From NCBI GenBank assembly GCA_039683575.1, contig JBDKRC010000223.1, positions 1 through 56,450 of the forward strand: 56,450 bases of DNA. The letters run 5' to 3'. How positions within the stretch are numbered: position 1 is the stretch's first letter; each line of letters opens with the position of its first letter. The translations under genes and the position numbers were made by a program. The DNA is from Armatimonadia bacterium (GTDB lineage Bacteria > Armatimonadota > Zipacnadia > Zipacnadales > UBA11051). Positions 28,762 to 38,946 of this stretch are shown piece after piece. Under the pieces are notes generated by a model. That model saw nothing but the letters and a program-made list of their open reading frames with translations. It did no database searches and was not told the origin of the DNA.

Positions 28762-29699
28762 CCGCCATGACGGGCAAAGAGCGCTTCCTGATGACAATGC
28801 GGTTCGAGGAGCCGGACAGGCCGCCGCACTTCGAGACGATGTTTGAGCTCGAGCACGAGGCCTTCGGGCTGCGCTTTCCTGACCGCGATAGCTGGGCCGG
28901 CATGACCGCGGCTGAGAAGGACGCGGCCATCGGCGTCTGCATGGGCATCTACGAGCGGATCGTGGAGCGGTTTGCATGGGACGCGCTGGCAGTCTATTGG
29001 CCGTGGAGCGACGCGGACGGCGTGGCGGCGGCGAAGCGAACCTTCGGGGATGAAATCGCCGTCGGGAGCATCGTTGGCGGGAGTGTGTGGTCCATCGACT
29101 CCATCAGTGACTGGATGCAGTTCGCGACGGACTTGATGGAGCGGCCTGAACTACTGCACGAGGAGGCCGAGCGGCGGACGCAACAGGCTCTCGGGCAGAT
29201 TGACGGCCTCGTGGGTGCGGGGGCGGACTTTGTGCTCATCGTCAACGATGTCGCCTTCAACGCCGGGCCGTTCATCTCGCCGCCGCAGTTCGCGGAGTTC
29301 GTGACACCATACTGGCGCCGGCAGGTGGAGCGGATCAAGGCCGGCGGAGCGATTGCGATGGTGCACTCGGATGGCAACCTGATGCCGGTGCTGGACGAGA
29401 TGATCAGTCTGGGAGCCCACGCGCTGCACTCTATTGACCCGATGGCGGGCATGGACATAGCCGAGGTCAAGCGGCGAACGTACGGCAAGCTGGGGCTGAT
29501 GGGCAATGTCCAGTGCAACCTGCTGCAGGATGGGCCGCTGGAGGCGATCCGTGAATCGGCGCTGTACTGCCTCACACACGCGTCTCCAGGCGGCGGGTAT
29601 GTGTTCTCGACTTCCAATACGGTGTTTCCGGGGATGCCACTCGCGCACTATGAGTACATGCTGGAGGTGTTCCGTGAGTTCTGCAGCGGTCAAGCCTGA
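28758..29699 (+). CDS. uroporphyrinogen decarboxylase/MtaA-CmuA superfamily protein
   Basis: MTGKERF, ISPPQFAEFVTPY, HSDGN, MGNV, GGGYVFSTSN; GTGA overlap with the upstream gene. Confidence 0.88.
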   Translation: MTAMTGKERFLMTMRFEEPDRPPHFETMFELEHEAFGLRFPDRDSWAGMTAAEKDAAIGVCMGIYERIVERFAWDALAVYWPWSDADGVAAAKRTFGDEIAVGSIVGGSVWSIDSISDWMQFATDLMERPELLHEEAERRTQQALGQIDGLVGAGADFVLIVNDVAFNAGPFISPPQFAEFVTPYWRRQVERIKAGGAIAMVHSDGNLMPVLDEMISLGAHALHSIDPMAGMDIAEVKRRTYGKLGLMGNVQCNLLQDGPLEAIRESALYCLTHASPGGGYVFSTSNTVFPGMPLAHYEYMLEVFREFCSGQA

Positions 29700-30546
29700 G
29701 ACACCAAGAACCCTCGACTTGGCGCACCTGGTGTGGGACAGGGCGATGACGGACTTCGATGCGACCTACAGTGAGGTGGCGCAGGCGGGCTTCCGGGCGA
29801 TGGTGATGACGCAGCGCCGGGCGCAATTCGACATGCTCGTGCCGGAACAGGCCCGGGAGGCGGGGCGGAGGCTGGAGCGCCTGGGGCTGGTGGTGCGGGG
29901 ATGTCACGGCGTGGAAACCCAGCCGTGCGATCTCAGCGTGGCCGAGGCAGACGCGCATGCAGCGATGGTGACCGCCCACGCGACGCTGATGGAAAATGTG
30001 GCCGAGTTGGGCTGCAGGACGTATGTTGTGCATCTCGGGGCGGCACCACAGGACGGAAACAAAGAAGCAGCGTGGGGGCGCGTGCGGAAGGCGGTCGATG
30101 AGTTGGGAACGCGGGCAGAGGCGCTTGGGGTTGCGTTGGCACTGGAGAATGGCATGCAGGGGTATCTGGCGACCAATGATGAGCTTCTGGCGTTTGTGGC
30201 CGGGTATGACCACCCGGCAGTGGGGATCTGCTATGACTCGGGACACGCGCACATCATGGAGGGAGCGGCGACGGTCCTGGAGGCTCTCAGCCAGTACGTC
30301 GTGACCGTCCACCTGCATGACAATGACGGGACCGCGGATCAGCACCTTGTGCCCGGCCACGGGACAATCGACTGGAGGCCAGTGGCCGAGGCGCTGGCGC
30401 GGTGTCCACGGCTGATCCATGCCGAGATAGAGGCCGCGAACTGCACGCAGTGGCCTCCGACGCCGGAGGTGTACTCGCAGACAGAGCTCTATGCGCGATA
30501 CCTTGAGATCCTTAACTTGCCGGGGACAGGAGTATCGTATCGGTGA
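29674..30546 (+). CDS. sugar phosphate isomerase/epimerase
   Basis: LALEN, CYDSGHA, VHLHDNDG, DQHLVPGHGTIDW; GTG 29674 follows ggagg. Confidence 0.85.
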   Translation: MSSAAVKPETPRTLDLAHLVWDRAMTDFDATYSEVAQAGFRAMVMTQRRAQFDMLVPEQAREAGRRLERLGLVVRGCHGVETQPCDLSVAEADAHAAMVTAHATLMENVAELGCRTYVVHLGAAPQDGNKEAAWGRVRKAVDELGTRAEALGVALALENGMQGYLATNDELLAFVAGYDHPAVGICYDSGHAHIMEGAATVLEALSQYVVTVHLHDNDGTADQHLVPGHGTIDWRPVAEALARCPRLIHAEIEAANCTQWPPTPEVYSQTELYARYLEILNLPGTGVSYR

Positions 30547-30559
30547 GGAAATCGTGGGG

Positions 30560-30592
30560 ACGGCCGGCGGGGTACAAGCCCCCGCCCCACAG
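30560..30592. repeat. GTAG-type REP, single copy
   Basis: acggccggcggggtacaagcccccgccccacag, one mismatch to 11954-11986. Confidence 0.85.
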
Positions 30593-30601
30593 AGAGGCAC
30601 C

Positions 30602-31732
30602 ATGACCTCCAGACAGCGCATGCTCAACGCTTACCGGGGACTGCCGGTTGACAAGGTGCCGGTGGCCCCGGAGTTCTGGTACTACTACCCCGCCAAGCTC
30701 CTGGGCGTGGATATGATCGAGTTTGCGCGCGAGGTGCCGTTCCACCTGGCGCTGAAGCGGACATTTGAGGAGTTCCAGTGCGAGGGCTGGGGAGCCGCGT
30801 TCCCCGCGATGCCGAACGAATTGGTGGAGGGTAGATCGGAGGAGCGGTGGGTGAGCGAGACGCGGCTGGAGGTGCGCAGTGAGGCGCGGACGCCGGCAGG
30901 GACGCTGACGAGTGCTTCGCTACTGGACCGGGAGGAGCCTGGATGGGCGACTGAGCGGCCCCTGAAGGACTTCCAGCGTGACCTCGCGGCCTGGGAGATC
31001 ATGAGCCTGCCCGACCCGCAGCAGATGCAGGTGGAGGGCATGCTGCAGGCGCGCGAGGAGGTCGGCGAGACGTATCTGCTCGAGGCGTGGCTGGGAGTGC
31101 CCTTCTTCGACTTCTACGGCAGCGGGCGTGAGGGGGGTATGGCGCAGGCCATTTTTGATCTCTACGAGCACGAGGCGGAGTTGGAGGGGCTGCGCCAGCG
31201 CCACTTGGCGCACATGGTGGAGAAGACGCGGGTGATATGCGAGCGGACGCCCTATGAGAGCCTGGTCATCGGCTGCTCGTGGAGCTGCAACTCCCTGCTC
31301 GGCCCGCGGCTGTGGCGGCGGTGGGACAAGCCCGTCATCGCAGCGGTGGCGCAGGAGGCCCACCGGCACGGACGGCTGCTGCATGTGCACTTTCATGGGA
31401 AGTGCATGGAGACCGTGGCGGATTTCGCCGAGATCGAGATAGACTGCGTCTGCCCGTTCGAGCGGCCGCCGGGTGGCGATGTGGAGGGCTTGCGGGGGCT
31501 GCTGGAGGTCGCGCGGTTGCTCGGCGGCAAGGTGACGATGAATGGCAATATCCACACCGTCGAGACGCTTATTCGGGGCAACGAGCAGGACGTGCGTCGC
31601 GAGGTGCGCGAGGTGTGGGAAGCTTTCAGGGGGACAAACCGCGTGATCATCGGGACCGGCGATCAGGTGGGGAGAGAGACGCCGGAAGCGAACCTGCGGG
31701 CGATGATTGACGAAGCACGCGGTCTCAGCTAA
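30602..31732 (+). CDS. uroporphyrinogen decarboxylase/MtaA-CmuA superfamily protein
   Basis: MTSRQRML...DKVPV, TPAGTL, HVHFHG, PPGGD, GNI, IIGTGDQ...TPEANL. Confidence 0.88.
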   Translation: MTSRQRMLNAYRGLPVDKVPVAPEFWYYYPAKLLGVDMIEFAREVPFHLALKRTFEEFQCEGWGAAFPAMPNELVEGRSEERWVSETRLEVRSEARTPAGTLTSASLLDREEPGWATERPLKDFQRDLAAWEIMSLPDPQQMQVEGMLQAREEVGETYLLEAWLGVPFFDFYGSGREGGMAQAIFDLYEHEAELEGLRQRHLAHMVEKTRVICERTPYESLVIGCSWSCNSLLGPRLWRRWDKPVIAAVAQEAHRHGRLLHVHFHGKCMETVADFAEIEIDCVCPFERPPGGDVEGLRGLLEVARLLGGKVTMNGNIHTVETLIRGNEQDVRREVREVWEAFRGTNRVIIGTGDQVGRETPEANLRAMIDEARGLS

Positions 31733-31741
31733 CAAACGAAA

Positions 31742-31775
31742 ATGCGGGAGAGGCTCTGTGGCGCCTCTCCCGCAT
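31742..31775. terminator. terminator between convergent genes
   Basis: 13-bp stem atgcgggagaggc/gcctctcccgcat; T-rich tail on the minus strand. Confidence 0.8.
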
Positions 31776-31801
31776 CTGATTTCGCTTGGAGTTACCGCTG
31801 C

Positions 31802-33040
31802 CTACTTGGGCAGATGGCTCCACTCGAAGTTGCCCGAGGCCTCTTCCTCGCCACGAGCTGCAGACTCCGCCTTGACTTCCTCGTCGTCGGCCAGGCCGGC
31901 AAACTTGGTGAAGTCCTCAAGCTCCACTACCTCGGTCTGGCGCCCCCAGGACACGCCCATCTCCGACAGGAGCTTCTTCTCATCCGCGGCCTGATCCATG
32001 AGGCTGCGGATGTCGCCAAGCTCGTCCCAGGTGACCTTGGGGATCATCTGGGTCGAGTAGTAGGCGCCGTTAACGGTCAGCGTGGGCTTGACGGACTCGC
32101 TGGCGGGAGCGAAGAGCGTCTTGTCGACGCCGCGGATGCAGTTCACGAGGTTGTGGTGCATGGCGTTGCGGTCGCTGGGCATGTCGAAGACGATCTCGTC
32201 CTTGCCGTCGATCTTCACGACTGCCTTGTCGGAGTCCCAACTGGCGCGGCCCTTGGTGCCGATGATGTCGAGGGTGGTGCGCAGGTCGGCCTCGGCGCAG
32301 GTGGTGGCGTAGAAGTGCAGCGTGGCTTCGCCGAGGTCGGCGCGGATGCAGGCCACGTCTTCACACTCGATGTTGTGTACGCGGTACATCTCAGCCTGCA
32401 GGCGCTGCGGGACGGCGCGCTCGGGAGCGGTGGTGCCCATGTGCAGCGCAGAGTTCAGCAGGTGCACGGCCTGGTTCATGAGGGTCCCGTCAAAGCAGGC
32501 AAGCCCATCGTAGTAACGCTTGCCGGCCCAGTCGGAGCGCTTGTAGTAGTCCTCGGTGCGCTTCCATTCCATCACGCCAACGATCTCAACGAGTTCGCCC
32601 AGATCGCCATTGCAGATCAGGTCCTTGAGGGCGAGAGAGTGCGGAAAACCCGCGTACTGGAAGTCAACTGCCACGAAGAGGTCCTTCTCGGCAGCCGTCT
32701 TGACGACCTTAACACCATCGGAGGCGAGGATCGTCAGCGGCTTTTCGACCATGACGTGCAGTCCACGGTCGAGGGCGCCGAGGGTGTACGGAGCATGGTA
32801 CGGGTGCGGCGTCGCGATCGCGACCGCCTCGACGTCCACGGCATCGAGCATCTCCCAGATGTCGCCGTAGATGGGTACGCCCCATTCCTCAACATTCTTC
32901 GCCGCTGCCTGCACCCGCTCGCGATCCAGCCACTTATCTGCCACGGCCACCAGTTCCATGTCTGGCGCCTCGTGCAAAAGACTCAGATGATAGCCACCGA
33001 TACCGGAAATTCCGACCAAAGCCGTTCTTACGGGCTGCAC
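31802..33040 (-). CDS. Gfo/Idh/MocA oxidoreductase
   Basis: GISGIG, IATPHPYH, VEKP, GTLMNQAVH. Confidence 0.92.
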   Translation of the reverse strand: MQPVRTALVGISGIGGYHLSLLHEAPDMELVAVADKWLDRERVQAAAKNVEEWGVPIYGDIWEMLDAVDVEAVAIATPHPYHAPYTLGALDRGLHVMVEKPLTILASDGVKVVKTAAEKDLFVAVDFQYAGFPHSLALKDLICNGDLGELVEIVGVMEWKRTEDYYKRSDWAGKRYYDGLACFDGTLMNQAVHLLNSALHMGTTAPERAVPQRLQAEMYRVHNIECEDVACIRADLGEATLHFYATTCAEADLRTTLDIIGTKGRASWDSDKAVVKIDGKDEIVFDMPSDRNAMHHNLVNCIRGVDKTLFAPASESVKPTLTVNGAYYSTQMIPKVTWDELGDIRSLMDQAADEKKLLSEMGVSWGRQTEVVELEDFTKFAGLADDEEVKAESAARGEEEASGNFEWSHLPK

Positions 33041-33103
33041 AGGAGTACCTCCAAAGGTTGTCTACGGCGTAGTATGTGGAAGCTGTGGGCGATTTTCTGA
33101 CGG

Positions 33104-34309
33104 TTAGCCGCGCTTGCCAGCCCTTGCCAGGGCCTTATCGTAAACCTGCAGAACGCGCTCAACCACGCTTGGCAGATCGTAGCGACGGGCCCAATCTCGG
33201 GAACGCTGGCTCATCTCCGCCAGGCGGTTCTCGGTGTTGAGGGTTTCAAGCGCGGCGCGGGCAAGGCCGGCGCCCTGCTCGGACGTGGGCACCAGCCGGC
33301 CATTGCAGCCATCCTCGATCATGTCGTTGGCGCCCGGCGCGTCCATGGCGATGACAGGGGTGCCGGCAGCCATGGCCTCTGCAAACGACAGAGGCTGCAC
33401 CTCAAACATGCTCGGGGTGACGAAGAGATCAAGCGCCGCGTCATATACCGGCACCTGGTCATGCTCAACACGACCGGCAAAACTAATCCGGTCGCCGTGC
33501 TTCATGGTTTTCACGCGCTGTTCGAGTTCAGTGCGCGAGGGTCCGTCACCGACCAGGACCAAACGAGCGCGAGACATCTGAGGCAGGATGATATCTGCGG
33601 CATCAAGCAGGGCATGGAGGTTCTTCTCGGGCGCGAGGCGGCCGATGTAGCCCAGTAGCGGGTCGCCTTCGCCACAGCCCAACTGGCGGCGCAACGCGCT
33701 ACCATCGGCTTCGCGACACGCGGTGAGGTCGGTGGGATTGTACACGACTTCTATCGGCGTCGTGACACCACGGCTGAGCAGTCTCTGTTTGGAGCTTTCC
33801 GCCGGTGTCGTGACTATGTGGCACCGGTTGCAGTAGGTGATGACACGGTTCCTGAGAAAGGCGTTGATGACCGCGTCCGGGAGCGGAATCAGCTCTGAGT
33901 ATATCTCGTACTGCGTGTGGATGGTGGTGACAATCGGGATGTGCTGCCGGCGAGCGAACCACTGGCCCCAGACGCCGACCCACATCGGGTGGTGCGTGTG
34001 AATCAGGTCGAATTTCAGCCCGCCCAGCGCCTTGCGCAGGTGGGGGGAAATGGGGACGGCCAGGGGGTAGTCCGCCTTGACCGGGGCGGGAACCGACAGG
34101 AAGCGGTGGGTCAACGGCTCATCCTGGCCCAGATCAAACCCACGAGGGGCAGGCGCCAACACATGCACCTCGTGACCAAGGTTGTTCAGGCCTTCGCGCA
34201 GGTTGCGAATGGAGATGGCGACGCCGTTGACTGTCGGCCAGTAGGTGTTTGTGAAGATGGCGATGCGCACGGGGAACTCCGCGACGGGGTCGAAAAGTGA
34301 TCTGGGCAT
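33104..34309 (-). CDS. glycosyltransferase family 4 (diacylglycerol glycosyltransferase-like)
   Basis: FTNTYWPTVNGV, IHTHHP, GRLAPEKN, EVQPLSFAEAMAAG. Confidence 0.9.
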   Translation of the reverse strand: MPRSLFDPVAEFPVRIAIFTNTYWPTVNGVAISIRNLREGLNNLGHEVHVLAPAPRGFDLGQDEPLTHRFLSVPAPVKADYPLAVPISPHLRKALGGLKFDLIHTHHPMWVGVWGQWFARRQHIPIVTTIHTQYEIYSELIPLPDAVINAFLRNRVITYCNRCHIVTTPAESSKQRLLSRGVTTPIEVVYNPTDLTACREADGSALRRQLGCGEGDPLLGYIGRLAPEKNLHALLDAADIILPQMSRARLVLVGDGPSRTELEQRVKTMKHGDRISFAGRVEHDQVPVYDAALDLFVTPSMFEVQPLSFAEAMAAGTPVIAMDAPGANDMIEDGCNGRLVPTSEQGAGLARAALETLNTENRLAEMSQRSRDWARRYDLPSVVERVLQVYDKALARAGKRG

Positions 34310-34358
34310 GCTAGACGCATGACAGCGGCAACGGACAACGTCTTAAGGCTTGCGGCCT

Positions 34359-35168
34359 CTAACCCAGCTTCTCTTTGAGAATGCCCCCCAGACGTGGGGC
34401 TGCGAAGAACTCCAGGAGCGCGCTGTCAGCGGCTTCCTGCATCGGCATATAGAGAGGCGACAGTTTGGTGATGAAGGTCTCGCGCTGCTTGTCGTAGTCC
34501 GCCTCGGACAGCTTGCGGGCGTCGTTGAAGATCTTCATGATGGCGTCGGCCGGAAGCTTGAGTTCCGGGTCGGCCAGCTCGGCGGCATTGGCCTTGCCTT
34601 CTTCAGCGAAGGTGCCTGCGTCCATCTCGCGCACCCACTGCAGCAGTTCCTCGGCCTGGGCGTGGGCCTCATCGGCGCCAGTGATGATGGCAATCTGCTC
34701 AGGGGACAAGAGCTTCTTCAGGTCAGGCACGAACTTGGCAGAGGTCTGGGTGACGGCTTCATCCGCCTCATCGAGTTTGGCCTGAGAGGCGCGAATGCGC
34801 TCCTCCAGATCGGCCGGAACGGCTTTGTCCTGGACCAGCAGGGCCCGCTTCTCCCGCAGCGCGGGGATCAATTCAGCAAGCGCGGCCTGGCGAGCGGGCT
34901 GCAGCTTGTCCTTCTCGGCCTGAACGCGTGCCACGAGGTCGGACAGCGGCTGAAGCTGGTTCTTCTGCAGGTCCAGACGGTTAACCGTATAGAGCAGGTC
35001 AATGTCCTGCACGAGACCATCGAAGGCGACCTCGGCCTCGGTCTGACGAGCCTGTACAGCGACCGCGCCGGGGACGGTATCCACGGGCTGACACGAGCCA
35101 ACCAGACAGACCAGGAGCGAAAGTACGATAGCGGTTGCGAACACTGAAGCGACGCGCCACGTGAACAT
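34359..35168 (-). CDS. exported alpha-helical hypothetical protein
   Basis: N-terminal signal/TM with possible lipobox VGSC; RBS ggagg; acidic helical body. Confidence 0.65.
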   Translation of the reverse strand: MFTWRVASVFATAIVLSLLVCLVGSCQPVDTVPGAVAVQARQTEAEVAFDGLVQDIDLLYTVNRLDLQKNQLQPLSDLVARVQAEKDKLQPARQAALAELIPALREKRALLVQDKAVPADLEERIRASQAKLDEADEAVTQTSAKFVPDLKKLLSPEQIAIITGADEAHAQAEELLQWVREMDAGTFAEEGKANAAELADPELKLPADAIMKIFNDARKLSEADYDKQRETFITKLSPLYMPMQEAADSALLEFFAAPRLGGILKEKLG

Positions 35169-35254
35169 GGGTGCCTCCAGATGGTGTTGCGAGTACAGAT
35201 GGACAGCGGTGTAAGAGGGTGACGCCCCTCGGTCCGCTATGGGCTTGGACAGTC

Positions 35255-36517
35255 CTAGCGGCTGAATGTCTCCACGGCCATCGCCAGGAATTCCTGGTTG
35301 TTACGGGTCTTGCGCAGACCCGACATAAGCAGTTCCGTGCCCTCAGCCGTGTCGAGGGCGTGCAGCGCGCGGCGCAGTTGCCACACGGTCTGCATCTCTT
35401 CATCGTTAAAGAGCAGTTCCTGGTGCCGGGTGCTGGAGCGCTGGATGTCTATGGCCGGGAAGATGCCGCGGTCAGCAAGCTCGCGGGTGAGCACCAGGTC
35501 CATGTTGCCGGTAGCTTTGAACTCCTCAAAGATCATGTCATCCATGCGGCTGCCGGTTTCTACGAGAATGGTGGCCAGGATGGTCAGGCTCCCGCCATTC
35601 TCGATGTTCCGCGCGGCGCCAAGGAAGCGCTTGGGGCGGTAGAGAGCGGTGGGGTCGAGCCCACCGGAGAGGGTCCGGCCGCTCGGATCAACGGTCAGGT
35701 TGCTGGCGCGAGCCAGACGGGTGATGCTGTCCATCAGCACGACAACATCCTCGCCCTGCTCAACCAGGCGCTTGGCCCGTGCCAGGACGACATCGGCGAC
35801 CTTCATGTGATTCTCGGGCATCTCGTCGAAGGTCGAGGCGATAACCTCACCATCAACCGACCGGGCGATGTCGGTGACCTCTTCGGGGCGTTCGTCAATC
35901 AGCAGGACCATCAGGACTATGTCCTGGTAGTTCTTGGTAAGCGAGTTGGCGATATTCTTGATGATGGTCGTCTTGCCGGCCTTCGGCGGTGCGACGATGA
36001 GACCGCGCTGACCGCGACCAACTGGGGTCACGATATCGAGAATGCGTCCGGTCATCCCGCCGGGGCCTTCAGACTCGAGATAGAGCCGCTCGTTGGGGTA
36101 GATCGGGGTGAGGTCTTCAAAATGCGGGCGGTTCCGCATTTCCTCGGGGGAGGCGCCGTTGATCGTCTGCACGCGCAGTAGCGACCAGTAGCGCTCCGTG
36201 TCCTTGGGGGGGCGGATTGGGCCGCTGATCAGGTCGCCGGTGCGCAGGCCGAAGCGCTTGATCTGGGTATCGGCCACGTAGACATCGCGGAGCGGATCAG
36301 GGCTGTACCCGTCTACTCGCAGGTAGCCGCGGCCATCGCCGGTGATCTCCAGGATGCCGTAGCCATACTTGTTGCCGTTTTGCTCACTCTCGTGCGTCAG
36401 TATGCGCATGCACAGGTCCTGCTTACGCAACCCCCTGACGCCCTCGAGCTTGAATTCTTCGGCGATGGCGCGCAGTTCGTCCACGGTCTTTCGCTGCAGT
36501 TCGGCCAGCTCAAACAT
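35255..36517 (-). CDS. rho: transcription termination factor Rho
   Basis: GRGQRGLIVAPPKAGKT, LLIDERPEEVTD, DSITRLAR, FEEFKATGN. Confidence 0.98.
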   Translation of the reverse strand: MFELAELQRKTVDELRAIAEEFKLEGVRGLRKQDLCMRILTHESEQNGNKYGYGILEITGDGRGYLRVDGYSPDPLRDVYVADTQIKRFGLRTGDLISGPIRPPKDTERYWSLLRVQTINGASPEEMRNRPHFEDLTPIYPNERLYLESEGPGGMTGRILDIVTPVGRGQRGLIVAPPKAGKTTIIKNIANSLTKNYQDIVLMVLLIDERPEEVTDIARSVDGEVIASTFDEMPENHMKVADVVLARAKRLVEQGEDVVVLMDSITRLARASNLTVDPSGRTLSGGLDPTALYRPKRFLGAARNIENGGSLTILATILVETGSRMDDMIFEEFKATGNMDLVLTRELADRGIFPAIDIQRSSTRHQELLFNDEEMQTVWQLRRALHALDTAEGTELLMSGLRKTRNNQEFLAMAVETFSR

Positions 36518-36565
36518 CTCTGTTACTCCTGATTATCAGCCAAGTCTTCGGTACCAAAAGGGTTG

Positions 36566-37147
36566 TCAGGGGGTATTGTCATCGCCTGAAGGCGCATACG
36601 CTTCAGGCTTCAGAGCCGCTACATACGGCAAGTGGCGGTACTTTTCGGCGAAATCCAGCCCATAGCCCACCACGAACTCATCCGGGATTTCAAACCCGAG
36701 AAAGTCTATGTCAATGTGAGCGCGGCGACGGTCGGGTTTGCTAAGCAGGGCGACGATGCCAAGGGAGGCCGGCGAACGCTCCTGCAGCAGGTCGAGCAGG
36801 CACCGCAGCGTGACGCCAGTATCAACGATATCTTCAACGACCAGCACATGCCGGCCGCGAATGTCCTGGGAGAGATCTTTGAGTAAGGTGACGGTGCCAC
36901 TGGTCTCCGCGCTGCAACCGTAACTGGAAGCGCAGATCAGGTCTATCTCCAGCGGGATATTGAGCTTGCGCATCAGGTCGGCGAGAAAGACTATGGAGCC
37001 TTTCAGCACGCCGATGAGCAGCGGGTGCTTGTCGCCGTACTGGGCCGCGATTTCACGCGCCAGCGCTTCGACCCGCTCCGCAATCTCCGCCTCCGTCAGC
37101 AGCACAGAGGCAAAGTCTTCCTCCTGCGCAGCCGTCCCTATTCCCAT
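36566..37147 (-). CDS. hpt: hypoxanthine phosphoribosyltransferase
   Basis: [25 protein letters not shown]. Confidence 0.96.
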   Translation of the reverse strand: MGIGTAAQEEDFASVLLTEAEIAERVEALAREIAAQYGDKHPLLIGVLKGSIVFLADLMRKLNIPLEIDLICASSYGCSAETSGTVTLLKDLSQDIRGRHVLVVEDIVDTGVTLRCLLDLLQERSPASLGIVALLSKPDRRRAHIDIDFLGFEIPDEFVVGYGLDFAEKYRHLPYVAALKPEAYAPSGDDNTP

Positions 37148-38685
37148 TCGATCGTTCCGGGGGGTTTGGTGGTGATATCGTAAAGGACGCGGTTAACGCC
37201 CTTCTGTTCATTCACAATGCGCGTCGCGATCTTCGCCAGCAGGTCATATGAAAAACGGTACCAGTCGGCGGTCATGAAGTCCTGGGTGGTGACGGCGCGG
37301 ATTACCACAGGCTGAGCGTAGGTGCGGCCATCACCCATGCAGCCGACGGCACAGGTGTCCAGCAGCACCACAAAGTACTGGCTGATCTCACCGGCAATCC
37401 CTGCGGCAGCGACTTCCTCGCGCAGGATGGCATCGGCCTCACGGGCGATTGCCAACCGTTCGCGGGTGACCGCTCCCGGTACGCGGACCGCCAGGCCAGG
37501 GCCGGGGAAGGGCTGGCGCTGCACGATTTCTTCCGGCAAGCCAAGCTGGGTGCCGATTTTGCGAACCTCGTCCTTGAAGAGACGGCGCAGGGGCTCGACG
37601 TTGGTATACTTCATGTCTTCGGGCAGACCGCCGACGTTGTGGTGCGTCTTGATCGTAGCCGTGGCGCCGCCGCCACTTTCAATAACGTCGGGATACAGGG
37701 TGCCGTGGGCAATGAAGTCGAACACGCCGAGCTTCGAGCTTTCGGCTTCGAAGACACGGATGAAGGTGTTGCCGATGATGCGGCGCTTCTCCTCGGGATC
37801 AGTGACGTCCTCGAGGTTGCCCAAGAAAGTCTCCGAGGCATCAATGAAGACGAAGCGATCACCGAGCATTGCGCCGAAGATCTCGCAGACGCTTTCGGCC
37901 TCGCCCTTGCGGAGCAGGCCGTGGTCGATGAACATGCAGGTAAGCTGGTCGGGCACGGCGCGGTTAAGAAGCGCCGCTGCGACTGAGGAGTCCACCCCAC
38001 CGGAGAGGGCGCACAGGATGCGCTTGTCGCCGACCTGCTCGCGCAGGGACCGGACCGTCTCCTCTATGAATGACCCCGGCTCCCAGTCGCCCTTGCATTC
38101 GCAGGCATTGTACAGGAAGTTGCGCAGGATCTGGGTGCCGCAGGGGGTGTGGTTGACTTCCGGGTGGAACTGCACGCCATAGAGGCGCCGCTGTTCGTCG
38201 GCCATGGCGGCCACTGGTGCATTGGCGCTGCAGGCAAGAATCGTGAAACCGGGCGGGACCTTGGCGACGCGGTCGCCGTGGCTCATCCAGACCTGTTGTT
38301 CGCTTCCCAGTCCCTCGAGCAGACGTCCGCACTCGACGATCTCGAGGTTGGCATGACCATATTCGCGCTCGGTGCCGGGGCAGACTTCCCCGCCGATCTT
38401 GTAGGCCATGAGCTGCTGCCCATAGCAGATGCCAAGGACCGGAATACCGGCTTCGAAGAGCTCACGGCCTATGGACGGAGCGCCCTCTTCATAGACGCTG
38501 GAGGGCCCGCCGGAGAGGACGATGCCCTTGGGCTTGCGCGCCAGGATCTCCTCTACGGGGGTGCTAAAGGGCAGGATCTCAGAATAGACGTTTTGCTCGC
38601 GCACCTTGCGGGCGATAAGCTGGACGTACTGCGCTCCGAAATCGAGCACTACTACGGTCTCGTGCTGGGCTGGTTCACAACTCAT
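37138..38685 (-). CDS. guaA: GMP synthase (glutamine-hydrolysing)
   Basis: [40 protein letters not shown]. Confidence 0.98.
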   Translation of the reverse strand: MSCEPAQHETVVVLDFGAQYVQLIARKVREQNVYSEILPFSTPVEEILARKPKGIVLSGGPSSVYEEGAPSIGRELFEAGIPVLGICYGQQLMAYKIGGEVCPGTEREYGHANLEIVECGRLLEGLGSEQQVWMSHGDRVAKVPPGFTILACSANAPVAAMADEQRRLYGVQFHPEVNHTPCGTQILRNFLYNACECKGDWEPGSFIEETVRSLREQVGDKRILCALSGGVDSSVAAALLNRAVPDQLTCMFIDHGLLRKGEAESVCEIFGAMLGDRFVFIDASETFLGNLEDVTDPEEKRRIIGNTFIRVFEAESSKLGVFDFIAHGTLYPDVIESGGGATATIKTHHNVGGLPEDMKYTNVEPLRRLFKDEVRKIGTQLGLPEEIVQRQPFPGPGLAVRVPGAVTRERLAIAREADAILREEVAAAGIAGEISQYFVVLLDTCAVGCMGDGRTYAQPVVIRAVTTQDFMTADWYRFSYDLLAKIATRIVNEQKGVNRVLYDITTKPPGTIEWE

Positions 38686-38907
38686 TGGGAACACCCTGGA
38701 GAGAAATGCCGTGGGCTACCGAGAGGCAACCAACGGTATCTGGCGCGGCCATTAGCCCTGCCATGAGGGGGCAAAGGGAATCATCGTGGGGCTCTGGAAA
38801 GCCAATGCGCTTCAGGCGCTGCGCGCCGCTTTGTGCTTGAGAAGTAGACCCGGGGAATCGGGCTGACGAATGACCGGCGGAACGTCACCGGTCAAGGGGT
38901 TTAGGAG

Positions 38908-38936
38908 AGTATAACAACGGCTGGAAAGCTTGTCAA
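38908..38936 (-). promoter_or_regulatory. sigma70-type promoter for guaA-hpt
   Basis: TTGACA-17 nt-TATACT on the minus strand. Confidence 0.8.
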
Positions 38937-38946
38937 CGCGGCGGAA

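Noticed and set aside
27016-28977. Long antisense ORFs (also 7935, 23692, 31742, 35171)
   Set aside because: Typical high-GC antisense shadows of well-supported genes, with no motifs
28758-31732. hemE assignment for the UROD-family genes
   Set aside because: They lack the HemE W.MRQAGR motif and any tetrapyrrole gene context
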